From the NCBI RefSeq assembly GCF_001194135.2, contig NC_068987.1, positions 94,618,377 through 94,682,376 of the forward strand: DNA of 64,000 nucleotides, given 5' to 3'. This DNA is from Octopus bimaculoides (Eukaryota). The notes under the pieces were generated by a model that saw only the letters and a list, made by a program, of their open reading frames with translations, was not told the DNA's origin and ran no database searches. Positions 25,441 to 37,146 of the stretch are shown here, one piece after another (within the stretch, counting starts at the first letter, position 1; every line of letters begins with the position of its first letter). A program made the position numbers and the translations under genes.

Positions 25441-26335
25441 CTAGTCTTGTTTGCGACTGACATGTGATGACGATTCACTCACGATCTGAAATAGGCTCCC
25501 AGCCTCTGTATCATGAATGGTTATGTGGACCATTCTTAAAGAAAGCCATAACTTTTGACCACTACATAAAAAGTATTAAGAAGAACATGCTATTTAGATA
25601 TACTTTTATTTTAGTTGTTTGCATTATTTTATACTTGTTTATACATTCAAACTTCACAAATTTCCTTATTTAAATTATGAATCATTCCTTTTGATAATAT
25701 CAACATAATTACAAAACTTCTTTGTAGATGATATTTTCTGTTTGGTCGACACTAATTTTCAAATTACTGGAGTCCGTTGCTCTTCTCATAGCGACGTATA
25801 ACTGGCCGTGTGTAAACATCGGACTGAGTAAAAATACAACTACACAATCTAAAGTCTGGTTCTGAGCCTTGTTTGCTGTGAATGTGTGAGTGGATCTAGG
25901 GTTGCAAAAAATCAAACTAAGACTAACCTCTCACTGTTCTATGTGAATAATGTCTGGATGTTCTGGTACCATGGGTTATCTTGATCGACAAAGCTGTGAT
26001 GGCAACAGCCACTTTGATTAGCCATTTCGAATCCTACTTGAGACTGACACTCGTCAATAACCACTAAATAATTACACACGACACTTTTCCCATTTTATTT
26101 TCACTATTAACTGTCCTTGCGACCCCCTTCATATCTGTGATGGGGCCATGAACTATACAATGAAAATCCAGAATTACTCATGGTCAGGGAATTTTTAATA
26201 AAAATGCGAAGGTGGTTTCTCAATTCCAAAATCGATATCCATGAAATAATCATATTTTCTGACTTTTTTAATGCTAAAACCTTCCTGACAACTGTCTTTG
26301 TAATCCCAGCCATCTGGTCGTGAACAGGGAACAGA
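25441..26335 (-). mobile_element. Helitron remnant with the C-terminus of the Pif1-like helicase
   Basis: FTANKAQNQTLDCVVVFLLSPMFTHGQLYVAMRRA...NIIYKEVL* (25709-25915) matches the Helitron motif TINKSQGQTL...FSHGQLYVALSR...NIVYKEVL. Possible CTAG|T 3' end at 25441-25444. Outer limits uncertain. Confidence 0.75.
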
Positions 26336-26499
26336 CAAAGAGATGGACAGACATATGGACATAATGCCCATTATGGAAAGATTGCCGATATATATATCAG
26401 GTAGCTATCATAAATGACATCAATGCTTGCACCATATGTATATAATACAAAGAATATATATGCATGTATACACACATATATGTACATACTTACATCTAC

Positions 26500-26680
26500 A
26501 TGTGTATATAGATGCATATCAGGGTACAGGACGTTAGAACAATGAACTACAGACAACGAAACGAACACATAGGAAAACAGAAAGCCACTTGGAATTATTC
26601 CTTCATCAGCTGCCCCTATTCTAACTCGACGTTTCGAAGATAAGGCAGAATGTACTCTAGAATAGTCTCTTCCTGAGTAG
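26500..26680 (-). mobile_element. Probable Penelope-like pLTR remnant with hammerhead core motifs
   Basis: Minus strand ...ccttatcttCGAAACGTCgagttagaataggggcagCTGATGAaggaataattcc...; CpG-retaining; T-rich downstream like the 787-842 locus. Confidence 0.45.
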
Positions 26681-26711
<31 letters not shown>

Positions 26712-28899
26712 GCATAACATCTACCAATATTAGAAAATTTGGGGCTGTTGGGAACATCCTACAGCAGGGGAAAGGTGCAAGCATTGATGTCATTGTATAA
26801 ATAAACAAGAGTTACAAGGCCATCTGCAGCAATAGTAGAGATATGTCACTTTGCTTCTGTTGCTGGAAAGTGCAGGTTAAAGTGTTGTTTTCATATACTC
26901 TTCAGCAGCATTAATGAATCAATGCTGTCTGTACAACTAACATGATTTTCATAGCCAGTCTGGTAATCACAGGAAAATGATTGAGAGTCTCATCAGAATT
27001 TGGCTGTTGCTTTTGTTAATTTCTCCAAAGTACATACATACATTCATACATACATATTTACACACACACACATAAGCACATTTAACACACACACACATAA
27101 ACACATATAACATACACACACACATTCATGCACACACATGCACACATACATATGTATATGTTTATATGCAATTACATAGGTGTACGTAATTGTATACGTT
27201 TGTCTATTTATATAATATACATATAGGTATTATTAAGATATAAAATATGTAATGTAAACTGAATGAACTGTAGAGTAAATTAAGCCATATGTATTACAAT
27301 AAAATATGTATACTTTTTCTCATCTAAGACATAATTGTTTCTTTATGATAAATGTCTATAGCGATATGCATGTGTATTCATTTCACCAGCAGAACTGCAA
27401 GTGATATACTTGTTGGAAATAAACTCATTTATATACATTAGTAACTGACACAGAACAAAAAAATAAATAAATAAATAATTAAAAAAAAAAAAAAAAAAAA
27501 AAAAAACAAGTTATTAATCCAAAGATATAAAGTAAGTTTCAAGCAAAAATTCCCTTGGAGTAAGTTTCTCTACATCAAACTAGCTACAACAATTTCGGGC
27601 ATCTTTATTTCAAACATCTCTCCTCCCTCTGTCTCTCTCTCTCTTACAGTCTTGATGATGATGTGAATACATGTGTATCTTATTAAATGTTATTTATTAT
27701 CATTAAAAATCATTATTTAATGAGCTTATCTCAAAAGAACAATTATTTCCAGAGTATTCTATTTTAATATGCATACTTTGATTTACTTTTCAAATTCATT
27801 TAATTAACATATATTATTACTCTAGCTTTATCTAAGTCTGTTGAGCTCTTTCATAGACTTTGCATGAAAATAGATACATCCTTGATGTGGGTGACGAATA
27901 TCCATTTACAGGTTTGCACATCGAAGTAAATATAGGTTTTAAAATATGTAAACTAAACATTTGTAGATATACAAAACCAATCACAATGTCAGATACTATT
28001 TGTCCCTGTGAGGGGGTCAGTCATTTGAATTCTTTGTGTAGAATTAGTTGCTGTTGCTAGCTGAATCATCCTAACTGTTCCATGTGGATATGGATAGGTA
28101 CCATTAATGGAATTAATATGATTCTTGTGCATATGCAATAAGGAATTTAGAAAAATAAACAATTGGGATGATATTGTAAAAAAAGGTTAATGGAATTTCA
28201 TTATGCAAGACCAGATTAGCTTACTGTCTTAAATTGGTCAGTTTTATAGTTATAAAATCTAGGCTATTACCACAGTTAAGCTATTATTTTTGCAGATAAA
28301 AATTTAGTTACTATTAACTTCACAACATGCACCTGTCCCTTATCAGGTAGCTATCATACTTCTTTCTGAAGATTTCAATAATGACTGCCACATTAACTTC
28401 TGAACAGATGATAAAATTAATTGACTTTTCTAAGGTAGTCATTCATCATATACAATTTCACAATTTATTAACATGTGGACACATGCAAGCATGCGTGAGC
28501 ACACACACACTCATACACACACACACGTGTGTGCATATGCACGCACACAGTGTTCCTAGTGTATGAAGGAAAAAAAAAAAGGCAATGAACAATTTTTATT
28601 GTCTGCAAATACACTTTTAGATGTTTAATTCATTTTAATGCAAACTGCTATTTATAATTATTTTTAGGAGTAAAATGTTCAATATAATTAATTAGAAAAG
28701 TAAATTAGTAATTGACTGTTGTAACATACAGGAATTTCACAAACTTTTAAAATAAAGTAGCTAAGAGATTTGGGGGATTAAATTTGTCTGTCTGTCTCTC
28801 TGTATCTGTCTATCTCTCTCTCTCTCAGACATACACAAACACAGACATACACATGTTTTCTCTGTATGTGAGTGTGTTAGTGTGTTTGAATGTGCTTGT

Positions 28900-28962
28900 G
28901 TATACCAGTTTTCAGTCAAACCATGCCAGCATGGAAAGCGAACATTAAATGATGATGATGAT
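28900..28962 (+). mobile_element. SINE family B tail
   Basis: gtcaaaccatgccagcatggaaagcgaacattaaatgatgatgatg. Confidence 0.7.
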
Positions 28963-31154
28963 ATATGTATATATATACCACTTTGCAGATAGTCGGCAAT
29001 TTTCATATAAATTCTACTTCAACTGATATCCAAATAACAATCTATGAATTTAAAATATTTTGTTTCCTTACTATGTATCTGTTACATGAGTTTTTATGTT
29101 TCATACTCTACAATCTAAATTAATGTTGTTGTTAGCAGTACATTTAAAATTTCTAAACCTACATGTTATTTATCCTGTATTATGATTTCAAAATGTGAGT
29201 GTCTGCTATATCATGTGCATTATGTGTGCATTTTCAGACATGAATAAAATATGGAAATTTGAACTAATGGCTAATGCACTCACATAGATAAACAGAGGCC
29301 AATACCTCAAAGAGTTGATAAGAGTATTTTCTTGAAAAACAACACACCTCCAAATGACACTCCTTCTCTTTTGAACAATATTGAAATTGATCTTATATCT
29401 CTCTCTGTCTGTCATTCTCATTTATTCTCCCATTCCACTTTATTACTTATATGACTGTTTTGTAGCTGTGTTATATATCAAAACTACTTAAAATTCTTCA
29501 GTCCCTCAATATTGACTAGAGATCTCTAAAAAGTGTTTTCTATCTCTTCAAATGTGTTTTGCATTTGTATTATATTTTCAATATTATCTATGCAGAACAC
29601 AAGATATAAGCACACCATATCATGTATTTGCAATATATACCATTTGTTGTGCTATATATGTGTGTATGTGTTGAAACCTAAATTTTGAAGAAATTTGTTC
29701 TAAAATCATGCCTACATGAATACACACACACACATGCTTACACATATAAACAGACATATTCAGAATATTATTGCAAAGGATCAATTAAATGAGCAGAGGG
29801 GCTTGGTTTACATTTTACTTGTGATCTACTCCTGATCATGTTCAAAAGTATTGAACTATTGTTTTTATGAGGTGGTATCAAAGTGGCAGGAATGCTGGTA
29901 CCAGTGTATTACTGTGCAAGGTGATAATTTAAAAGGAGATGATGTTAAAGCTTAAGTAAATAAGTTCTTTTTTTTTTTTTTAAAACATAATTAGTTCAGA
30001 AACTTTTTGATATCACTTTCACATATTTACAATTGAAAATGTTTTAGCTGAGAACAGAATATCCTGTTGCCTACTTTGGAACTTTAATAAATAAAATGTT
30101 AGAATACTGGTCTATTTGTAATAACTAACCACATATACAAATGAGAGAGAAAGTGATTAATGAATGGAGGTGTGTTATTGTAAAATCTCGTTTTCTCTTA
30201 AGAGTTTGACTGACAAGTTGTTATGTCTTTTATCTGCCATTGTTCAATCTACATCAAACATGCCTCAAATTATAGGCATTTCATTCAGAGAACATTCTGT
30301 TATATTCAGATGTGAAAGAAACTTTTATTAGGCCATGTGTTCTTTATTAAGATAGCTAGGTGTGAGAGGGTCACTATTTCTAGTAAGTTGAGCAAGCATA
30401 TTGAAGTTCCCTTGTTAACTCATTTTACTGAATCTTATAAGTTGATAGAGATAATAGTTATATCTCATCATCTTTATGAGTGCTGACAGCTGCTGCATAC
30501 AGCCGAATAAAATATTAACACTTACAGTTGCCAAGATGGTATTTTCTATGGACCACATGAAACTTGATGATACTTAAGTATTAACATATGTGTTATGCTT
30601 CAGTGGACCTGATATATATTTAATACATTTCAAATCTATATTTTCCAGTTGTTATACATGTCAATGCAATGAAGGAAGACTTACTGTAGCAAATGGTTAA
30701 ATAAGATAGCATCACATATACAACTTAAAAAAAACTATCCCCCACCTTCATAATAGCTGCAAATGGAAACAAGACTGTGTGCGCATGCATGCACACACAC
30801 ACATACACACATATATACATATCTATATATTTATGCATGCATACATCTAATCATGTATATATATGTACATATGTATGTAAATTACAAATAAGAGAGTAAC
30901 TAGTAAATTACAGAATGAGAACAATCTGGCCACCAGGGGTTTAATGAAGGGTTTGGATTCAAATTTAATGAATATGCCTGAATATAACAGCCGCTTGCTT
31001 CCAGGTGAGGTGATATTTCCACCTGACCCAAAAATTTTTTCACAGAAGACTGGAAACGAATGACACCCTTCAAGCGATGGAGACCCTTACTTACAACTAT
31101 CACACAATGTTGAGACAAAGAGGTATCAATATACATGCATACAAATATGTATCA

Positions 31155-31302
31155 GTGTTGCTTCCCAATCATTTGGTCCTGGGTTCCGTCCCACTGTGTG
31201 GAGCCTTGGGCAGATGTTTTCTACTAAAGTTTTGGGCCAACCAAAGCCATGTGAGCGGATTTGGTAGATTGAAACTGAAAGAAGTCTACTGTATCTGTGC
31301 AT

Positions 31303-31343
<41 letters not shown>

Positions 31344-31525
31344 TGTGTGTGCACCTGACAACTGTTGTTGGTTTGTTTATGTACTCGTAACTTGTGGTTT
31401 GGCAAAAGAAACTGATAGAATAAGTACCAGGCATAAAAATAAGAAATGGGGCCAATTTGTTTGACTAAAACCCTTCAAGGCAGTACCCCAGAATGGCCAC
31501 TGTCCAATGACAGAAGGAGATAAGC
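31155..31525 (+). mobile_element. SINE family A, near full length, diverged
   Basis: gggttccgtcccactgtgtgg...ggatttggtag...(GT)n...gatagaataagtacc...atggccac. Confidence 0.8.
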
Positions 31526-31769
31526 TCACCAAATAGACTGTTTCCCACCATCCCCAACATATACCCCTTCACACACATTGTACTCCCACATATATAGACC
31601 CCCCACACACACACACACACGTACGCATAACACACTACATGCTAACATAAAACACCTTAACCAATACAGGAAGAAAACAGTGTAATGAACACAATTATAA
31701 ATACGCACACTCCTGGAAAAAATTATATAGATGACACCACTATACATACCCCATCCCCACACTTAATAA

Positions 31770-32060
31770 TGCACATATTTCCGACATACACGTCAAGATA
31801 ACTCTTCCCAGCTTCACAGCGAATCCAACTAAGGGACATAACTCATAGCCTAATCCCCTGCCCTTTTTTGTTTCACCATCTCTTTCATAGCAACCACAGA
31901 CCAGATGTGTCAATTCACCTCTGACAATAGAGAGCAGTCAGCATATTCCCTTCCATAACGGGTAACTCTGATGAGCGTAAGGTTATATAATTGGATTGTT
32001 ATTCCATTGTAGTCCTAATGTGAAACCAACTGGCAAAATCATCCATGATGGGTATATAAT
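31770..32060 (+). mobile_element. Possible Penelope-like remnant with a decayed hammerhead core
   Basis: CTGATGA 31968-31974, long stem II gcgtaagg...cctaatgt, GAAAC 32022-32026. Stems I and III and the cleavage triplet are not intact. Confidence 0.35.
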
Positions 32061-32071
32061 ACTGTACATTT

Positions 32072-32110
<39 letters not shown>

Positions 32111-32154
32111 TAAATTAATATGAACATGCATATAAACTGATACACACACAGGAT

Positions 32155-32194
<40 letters not shown>

Positions 32195-32359
32195 CTCAGG
32201 TTATTAGTAACACAATGCCTAAGTGAAATAGTAAAGTATATATATATATATATGTATTCTATAACAACTATTGAGTAATCTTTAGGTTTTAATGTGAAAT
32301 TGGTTTTGTGTGTAACTTGACATGAAAGCAAATATTAATACATATGTACATACTGATGA

Positions 32360-32594
32360 CCTGTAAAAGGTACCTGTGCTGGTGACACATAAAAGGCACC
32401 TGTGCCAGTGACACATAGAAAGCACCCTGATACGCTCTGTGGGGTAGATGGTATTAGGGAGGGTATCCAGCCATAGAAACTAAAACAATACAGACCAGAG
32501 TCAGGTGTAGTTCTCAGGCTTATCAGCCCCAGTTAAACTGTCATACCCATGCTAGCATGGAAAATGGACAGTAAATGATGATGATGATGATGAT

Positions 32595-32598
<4 letters not shown>
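32360..32598 (+). mobile_element. SINE family B
   Basis: Tandem gtgctggtgacacataaaaggcacc units, ggtattagggagggtatccagcc, catgctagcatggaaaatggac+(GAT)n. Confidence 0.8.
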
Positions 32599-32676
<78 letters not shown>

Positions 32677-34199
32677 CTATAATTTTGCTTTAAAAATACT
32701 ATATGTAATAAGAATTCCTAGAAATACATTGTTTGTCTGATATCTGTTATGTAACAGTTTTGATATAGGTTGATAGATTAAGGCTGCAATTTGAAACTGC
32801 ATGGGGTTCTTTTTACCTGGGAAATTATTCTGGAGCTGCCATATTCATAATATATAATTATAAATAAAAATTTATTTATGCCTTTTCATGGTCGTTCTAA
32901 TTTTGGCAGAGGCTGAAAGAAGTGACTGAAGCGCAGTGGATATAAATCATATTAAATGTAGGTGTTGTGGTAGTAGAAGTAGCAGCAGTAGTAGCAATGG
33001 ATAAAATGACTGGTGTATCCTAGTTTACCAATAGTTTCTAGAAACATCAAGTACGACCTCTCTTAAGAAACATATTCTTTAGTAGAAATTACTCTTAAAA
33101 TTAAGTGTCAACAGCTTAAGCCCCATTATGATTTTTGTACATCTGTGAGCAATAATGTCTTCAGTGACAACGTTGAAAGTGATAATGACTATTATGACAA
33201 TACATAGATATACAAATACACAAGGTATCCATTAATACAAATTCATATAAGCACACATTCACACAACCCTAAATACGTACATATATATATATATAGATAA
33301 ATTTACAGGCATACATATGCATTCATAGAAGTAAGTGCATATATTAACACATTTCCAAACAAAAAAAAAAAACATACAAAACTGTATAAGTGTTTTAGAT
33401 ATTATTTTGCTGCTGCTATTGATGATGATGATGATTGTATGAAAATACATTGAGTAAGACCTTGTTGCTAACTGATGACTTGGAATGTGATTGGTTTGAA
33501 GGCTGCTTCTTGGATTCCTTGAAGTTTCTATGGTAGAAAGGAAGAACTGCTGTTTTTGGTATATACATTATTGAATGGCATCAATGTTTTCCATTGTCTA
33601 ATCAATCAGAGGAAAAGAAAAGGGGGGAAAAAAATGTAGAAATATATAAATGAAAGGGGACAAGAGGAAGCAGATAGAAAAGGCTTAAGAGAGTTGCAGA
33701 GAAATGGAAGGCGGTGAAATTCCTTTCCATTTATGAGTCATTCCAAGATGCTTCCTGTTGTGAATGCCCGGACTGTCTTTCTTGCACAGCAGACATTATG
33801 AAAATTGTGTGTAGGACTGAATGTTGCCTCCATGTTTGTGTGTATGTGTGTGTATATGAATGACTCTGCTGGAAAAAAAGTTTTGGAAGGTTGGAAAGAA
33901 AAGATTTTTTACTGCACAACTAATGGAAGGTTATGAAGAGATTCTATAGGAAAAACATCATCATCATCATTATTATTGTTCTTGCATTGGCCTTTGCAAA
34001 TCAATTTTTTCTCAGTTTTGACAGTAGTCAGGTTTTTATCCTTTCCTTTTGTTTTCATTTTTTTTTTTACTTTTGTTTGTTTTGTTTCATGATTTATTGA
34101 CATTTAAAATAAGTGTTTATTTTCTAAACACATTCTCAACAAAGTTATTTCATTTTTGGAACTTCTGCTGTTCCGCCTGATTGAAATTTTCCTTATATG

Positions 34200-34261
<62 letters not shown>

Positions 34262-34273
34262 ATATATATATAT

Positions 34274-34317
<44 letters not shown>

Positions 34318-34321
<4 letters not shown>

Positions 34322-34627
34322 TCTTTTACTCTTTTACTTGTTTCAGTCATTTGACTGTGGCCATGCTGGAGCACGCCTTTCTTAGTCGAGCTAATCGACC
34401 CCAGGACTTATTCTTTGTAAGCCTAGTACTTATTCTATCGGTCTCTCTCTATTGCTGAACTGCTAAGTTACGGGAGGCGTAAACACACCAGCATCGGTTG
34501 TCAAGCAATGGTGGAGGGGACAAACACACACACATATATACAATGGGATTCTTTCAGTTTCTGTCTACCAAATCCACTCATAAGGCTTTAGTTAGCCTGA
34601 GGCTATAGTAGAAGACACTTGCCCAAG
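34318..34627 (-). mobile_element. SINE family A, 5'-truncated, young
   Basis: Close match to 2119-2460 (ttacttgtttcagtcatttgac...gaagacacttgcccaag). Confidence 0.9.
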
Positions 34628-34684
34628 ACATATATGGAATGTTTATATATAATTCACCTATATTTGCACCATCAGAAAATCATG

Positions 34685-34895
34685 AAGTGGCTGTGTGGTA
34701 AGAAGCTTGCTTTCCAACCACATGGCTTTGGGTTCAGTCTCACTGCATGGCACTTTGGGTAACTGCCTTGTACTGCATCCTTGGGCCAACCAGAGCCTTG
34801 TGAGTGGATTTGTTAGATGGAAATTGAAAGAAGCTCTTCAAGGTGGTGCCCAGTGAGGCCACAGTCTAATAATGACTGAAACAAGTAAAAGATAA
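34685..34895 (+). mobile_element. SINE family A, internally deleted
   Basis: gtggctgtgtggtaagaagcttgc head joined directly from gaaagaagc to the cttcaaggtggtgccc tail. Confidence 0.85.
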
Positions 34896-34967
34896 TATTT
34901 ACATATGAATCTGACAATCAGCATGTCACACTAATTTCTTTGGTAATACCAATATTTATATCTGTTG

Positions 34968-35190
34968 CAAGGCAGTGAGCTAGCAGAATTGTTGGCATGC
35001 CAGGCAAAATGCATAGCAGCATTTCATCTATATTTGTGTTCTGAGTTCAAATTCTGCTGAGGTCAGCTTTGTCATATATCATTTTGGGTTGATAAAATAA
35101 GTACTATTTGTACACTGAGGTTGATGTAATCGACCCCCCCCCCCGCCACCACAAATCCCTGGCCTTGTACCAAAATTTGAGACCAACATT
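34968..35190 (+). mobile_element. SINE family C
   Basis: aaggcagtgagctagcagaa head, gttctgagttcaaattc, ggccttgtaccaaaatttgag. Confidence 0.85.
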
Positions 35191-35294
35191 TACATCTGTT
35201 GCTTTTCTTGACTCTTTCATTCTCCACACATACATAAACACATTCTGGTCAGACAGAGACTATTAACTAATTTGATTATAATTTCTTTTTGCAT

Positions 35295-35365
35295 CTTTAT
35301 CATCATCATCATTTAACTTCTGTTGTCCATACGGGCATGGGTTGGATGGTACCAGACTGAACACT
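35295..35365 (-). mobile_element. SINE family B tail
   Basis: catcatttaacttctgttgtccatacgggcatgggttggatgg. Confidence 0.65.
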
Positions 35366-35492
35366 CCTACTGAACATTCCTTTTCCCCTGTCCACCCCCA
35401 CCCCCACAACCTAAGCTCATCACTCACTCTTTCAACCCTATGTAACTCTAATCTTGTTTCTCTTGCATACCCACCACATTTCAAGTTACCTA

Positions 35493-35603
35493 TCATCATC
35501 ATCATCATCATCATCATCGTTTAACGTCCGCTTTCCATGCTAGCATGGGTTGGACGATTTGACTGAGGACTGGTGAAACCGGATGGCAACACCAGGCTCC
35601 AAT
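35493..35603 (-). mobile_element. SINE family B 3' fragment, young
   Basis: Reads by eye as identical over about 100 nt to the reverse complement of 10986-11088. Confidence 0.9.
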
Positions 35604-36408
35604 ATGTTTCCTATTATTGCCATCATCTTCTTCCCACCACCACTACTCATATTTACCAGTGACTATGCCTCCACCAGTGTTCACCATTCACTGCCTTCAC
35701 CTTTCCCTCTCATTCCATCTGCTGCCCACTTTTTATATTCCTGCAAATCTACTTGACCATTTACCCTTTCCAGTCTTCTCTACTACTTCTCTGATATTCA
35801 CTGTCTTGTAGCTTGAGGTACAACCCGATATCTCTTCACTGCCATCTTCTCTCTTTTTCTAGCTGAGTCAGCTCTGTATATCCACATCTATAGACACCTG
35901 CTTTTGTCATAGTATCATACTCTCGTCCCCTGACATAAAGCCACCTCCTTCAAGACTACACCCCTGTCTCGTTTGAGGAGGTTTGCTCTTGTTTGTTACT
36001 TTGTTGATGTCTTATCAGAAGAGCATCAACAAACACTGGAACTATGAGACTCACTGTGTATTTCAGCATTTAGGTGTATATACAAGTATATATTAATCAA
36101 TGTATATGTGTGTGTCAGTGTGACAAGAAATAAATCATAGACAGAGAGTGTGTGAGAGACACGTATGTATGAGTGCGTGTTCATATATAAATATTACTTA
36201 TGCATATATCATTATATGTTTATTAGCTTATATTTGTGTATATCAATATCTGTGTATATCTATTTTGGCAAAACATACAATTAAATATATTTATCTTTTA
36301 GCACTCACAAATACATACTTCGACATAGAAGTATGCCTCATTAAGGTAGTTCATATGCCTGAAGAAGAAGCACACTTGAAAGCATTAGAGCAGTAATATA
36401 TTTTTTAA

Positions 36409-36687
36409 GTAGTCAAAGGTTATGGCTGGCCATAGAGTGACCATTGGTTTTGCACCTGTAAAGCACTTAGCAGTAGTATAAGCAACTCATAAGACTCAAA
36501 TGTCTGACGGTGCATAACCTCTCTACAACTAGAGGAAGATATAACCGATCATTATGTATTTCTTACTCGAGGTGTGGTGAGTCTATGTATCTTGAGCCGT
36601 TTGAGTCTGACAAATCACCTATATTGCTCAGTGCTTTATAGGAGCAAAAGCAATGGTCACTCTGACAGTCCATAACTTTTGACTTAC
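36409..36687. mobile_element. Foldback/MITE-like element, imperfect palindrome of about 280 nt
   Basis: Left arm gtagtcaaaggttatgg...agagtgaccattggttttgcacctgtaaagcacttagca versus the reverse complement of the right arm gtaagtcaaaagttatgg...agagtgaccattgcttttgctcctataaagcactgagca; similarity continues inward (agactcaaa). Confidence 0.85.
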
Positions 36688-36811
36688 AAATATATGTATA
36701 TGGAAAATTGTTTGTACTTTCTTGTCTCTTTTCTGTTTTGTCTTTTTTTTTTTATAACAATCTCATTTCCTCTTTTTCTTGAAATGTATATATATTTTCA
36801 ATTTCATGTCA

Positions 36812-36888
<77 letters not shown>

Positions 36889-36979
36889 CATACACACTCA
36901 CACACATACACACACCTTATCATCAAATCTGTATTCCTGCAATATTTTTGTTTTTATTTTCTATACTTGGTTTCTCCAG

Positions 36980-37000
36980 TAAGGTACTCAAGGTATACAG
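36980..37000 (+). CDS. Candidate 21-nt alternative microexon (adds VRYSRYT)
   Basis: U-rich tract tttttgtttttattttctatacttggtttctccAG, 21 nt, then CAG|GTGAGC. Open and frame-preserving in phase 1. TGCATG at 37023-37028. No transcript evidence. Confidence 0.4.
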
Positions 37001-37100
37001 GTGAGCAAGGCTAGTCTAATAATGCATGATAGACATCATTTGGTTTTGGTTTTTTTCTTACCAATTCAGTGGTATGTGCCAGTATGCCAAATCCTCTTTA

Positions 37101-37146
<46 letters not shown>

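Noticed and set aside
27445-27506. AATAAA repeats followed by an A run of about 26
   Set aside because: No upstream ORF or TSD for a retrocopy; mainly an oligo-dT internal-priming risk.
33318-33335. catAG-aa-GTAAGT possible 2-nt microexon
   Set aside because: Frameshifting and weak pyrimidine tract.
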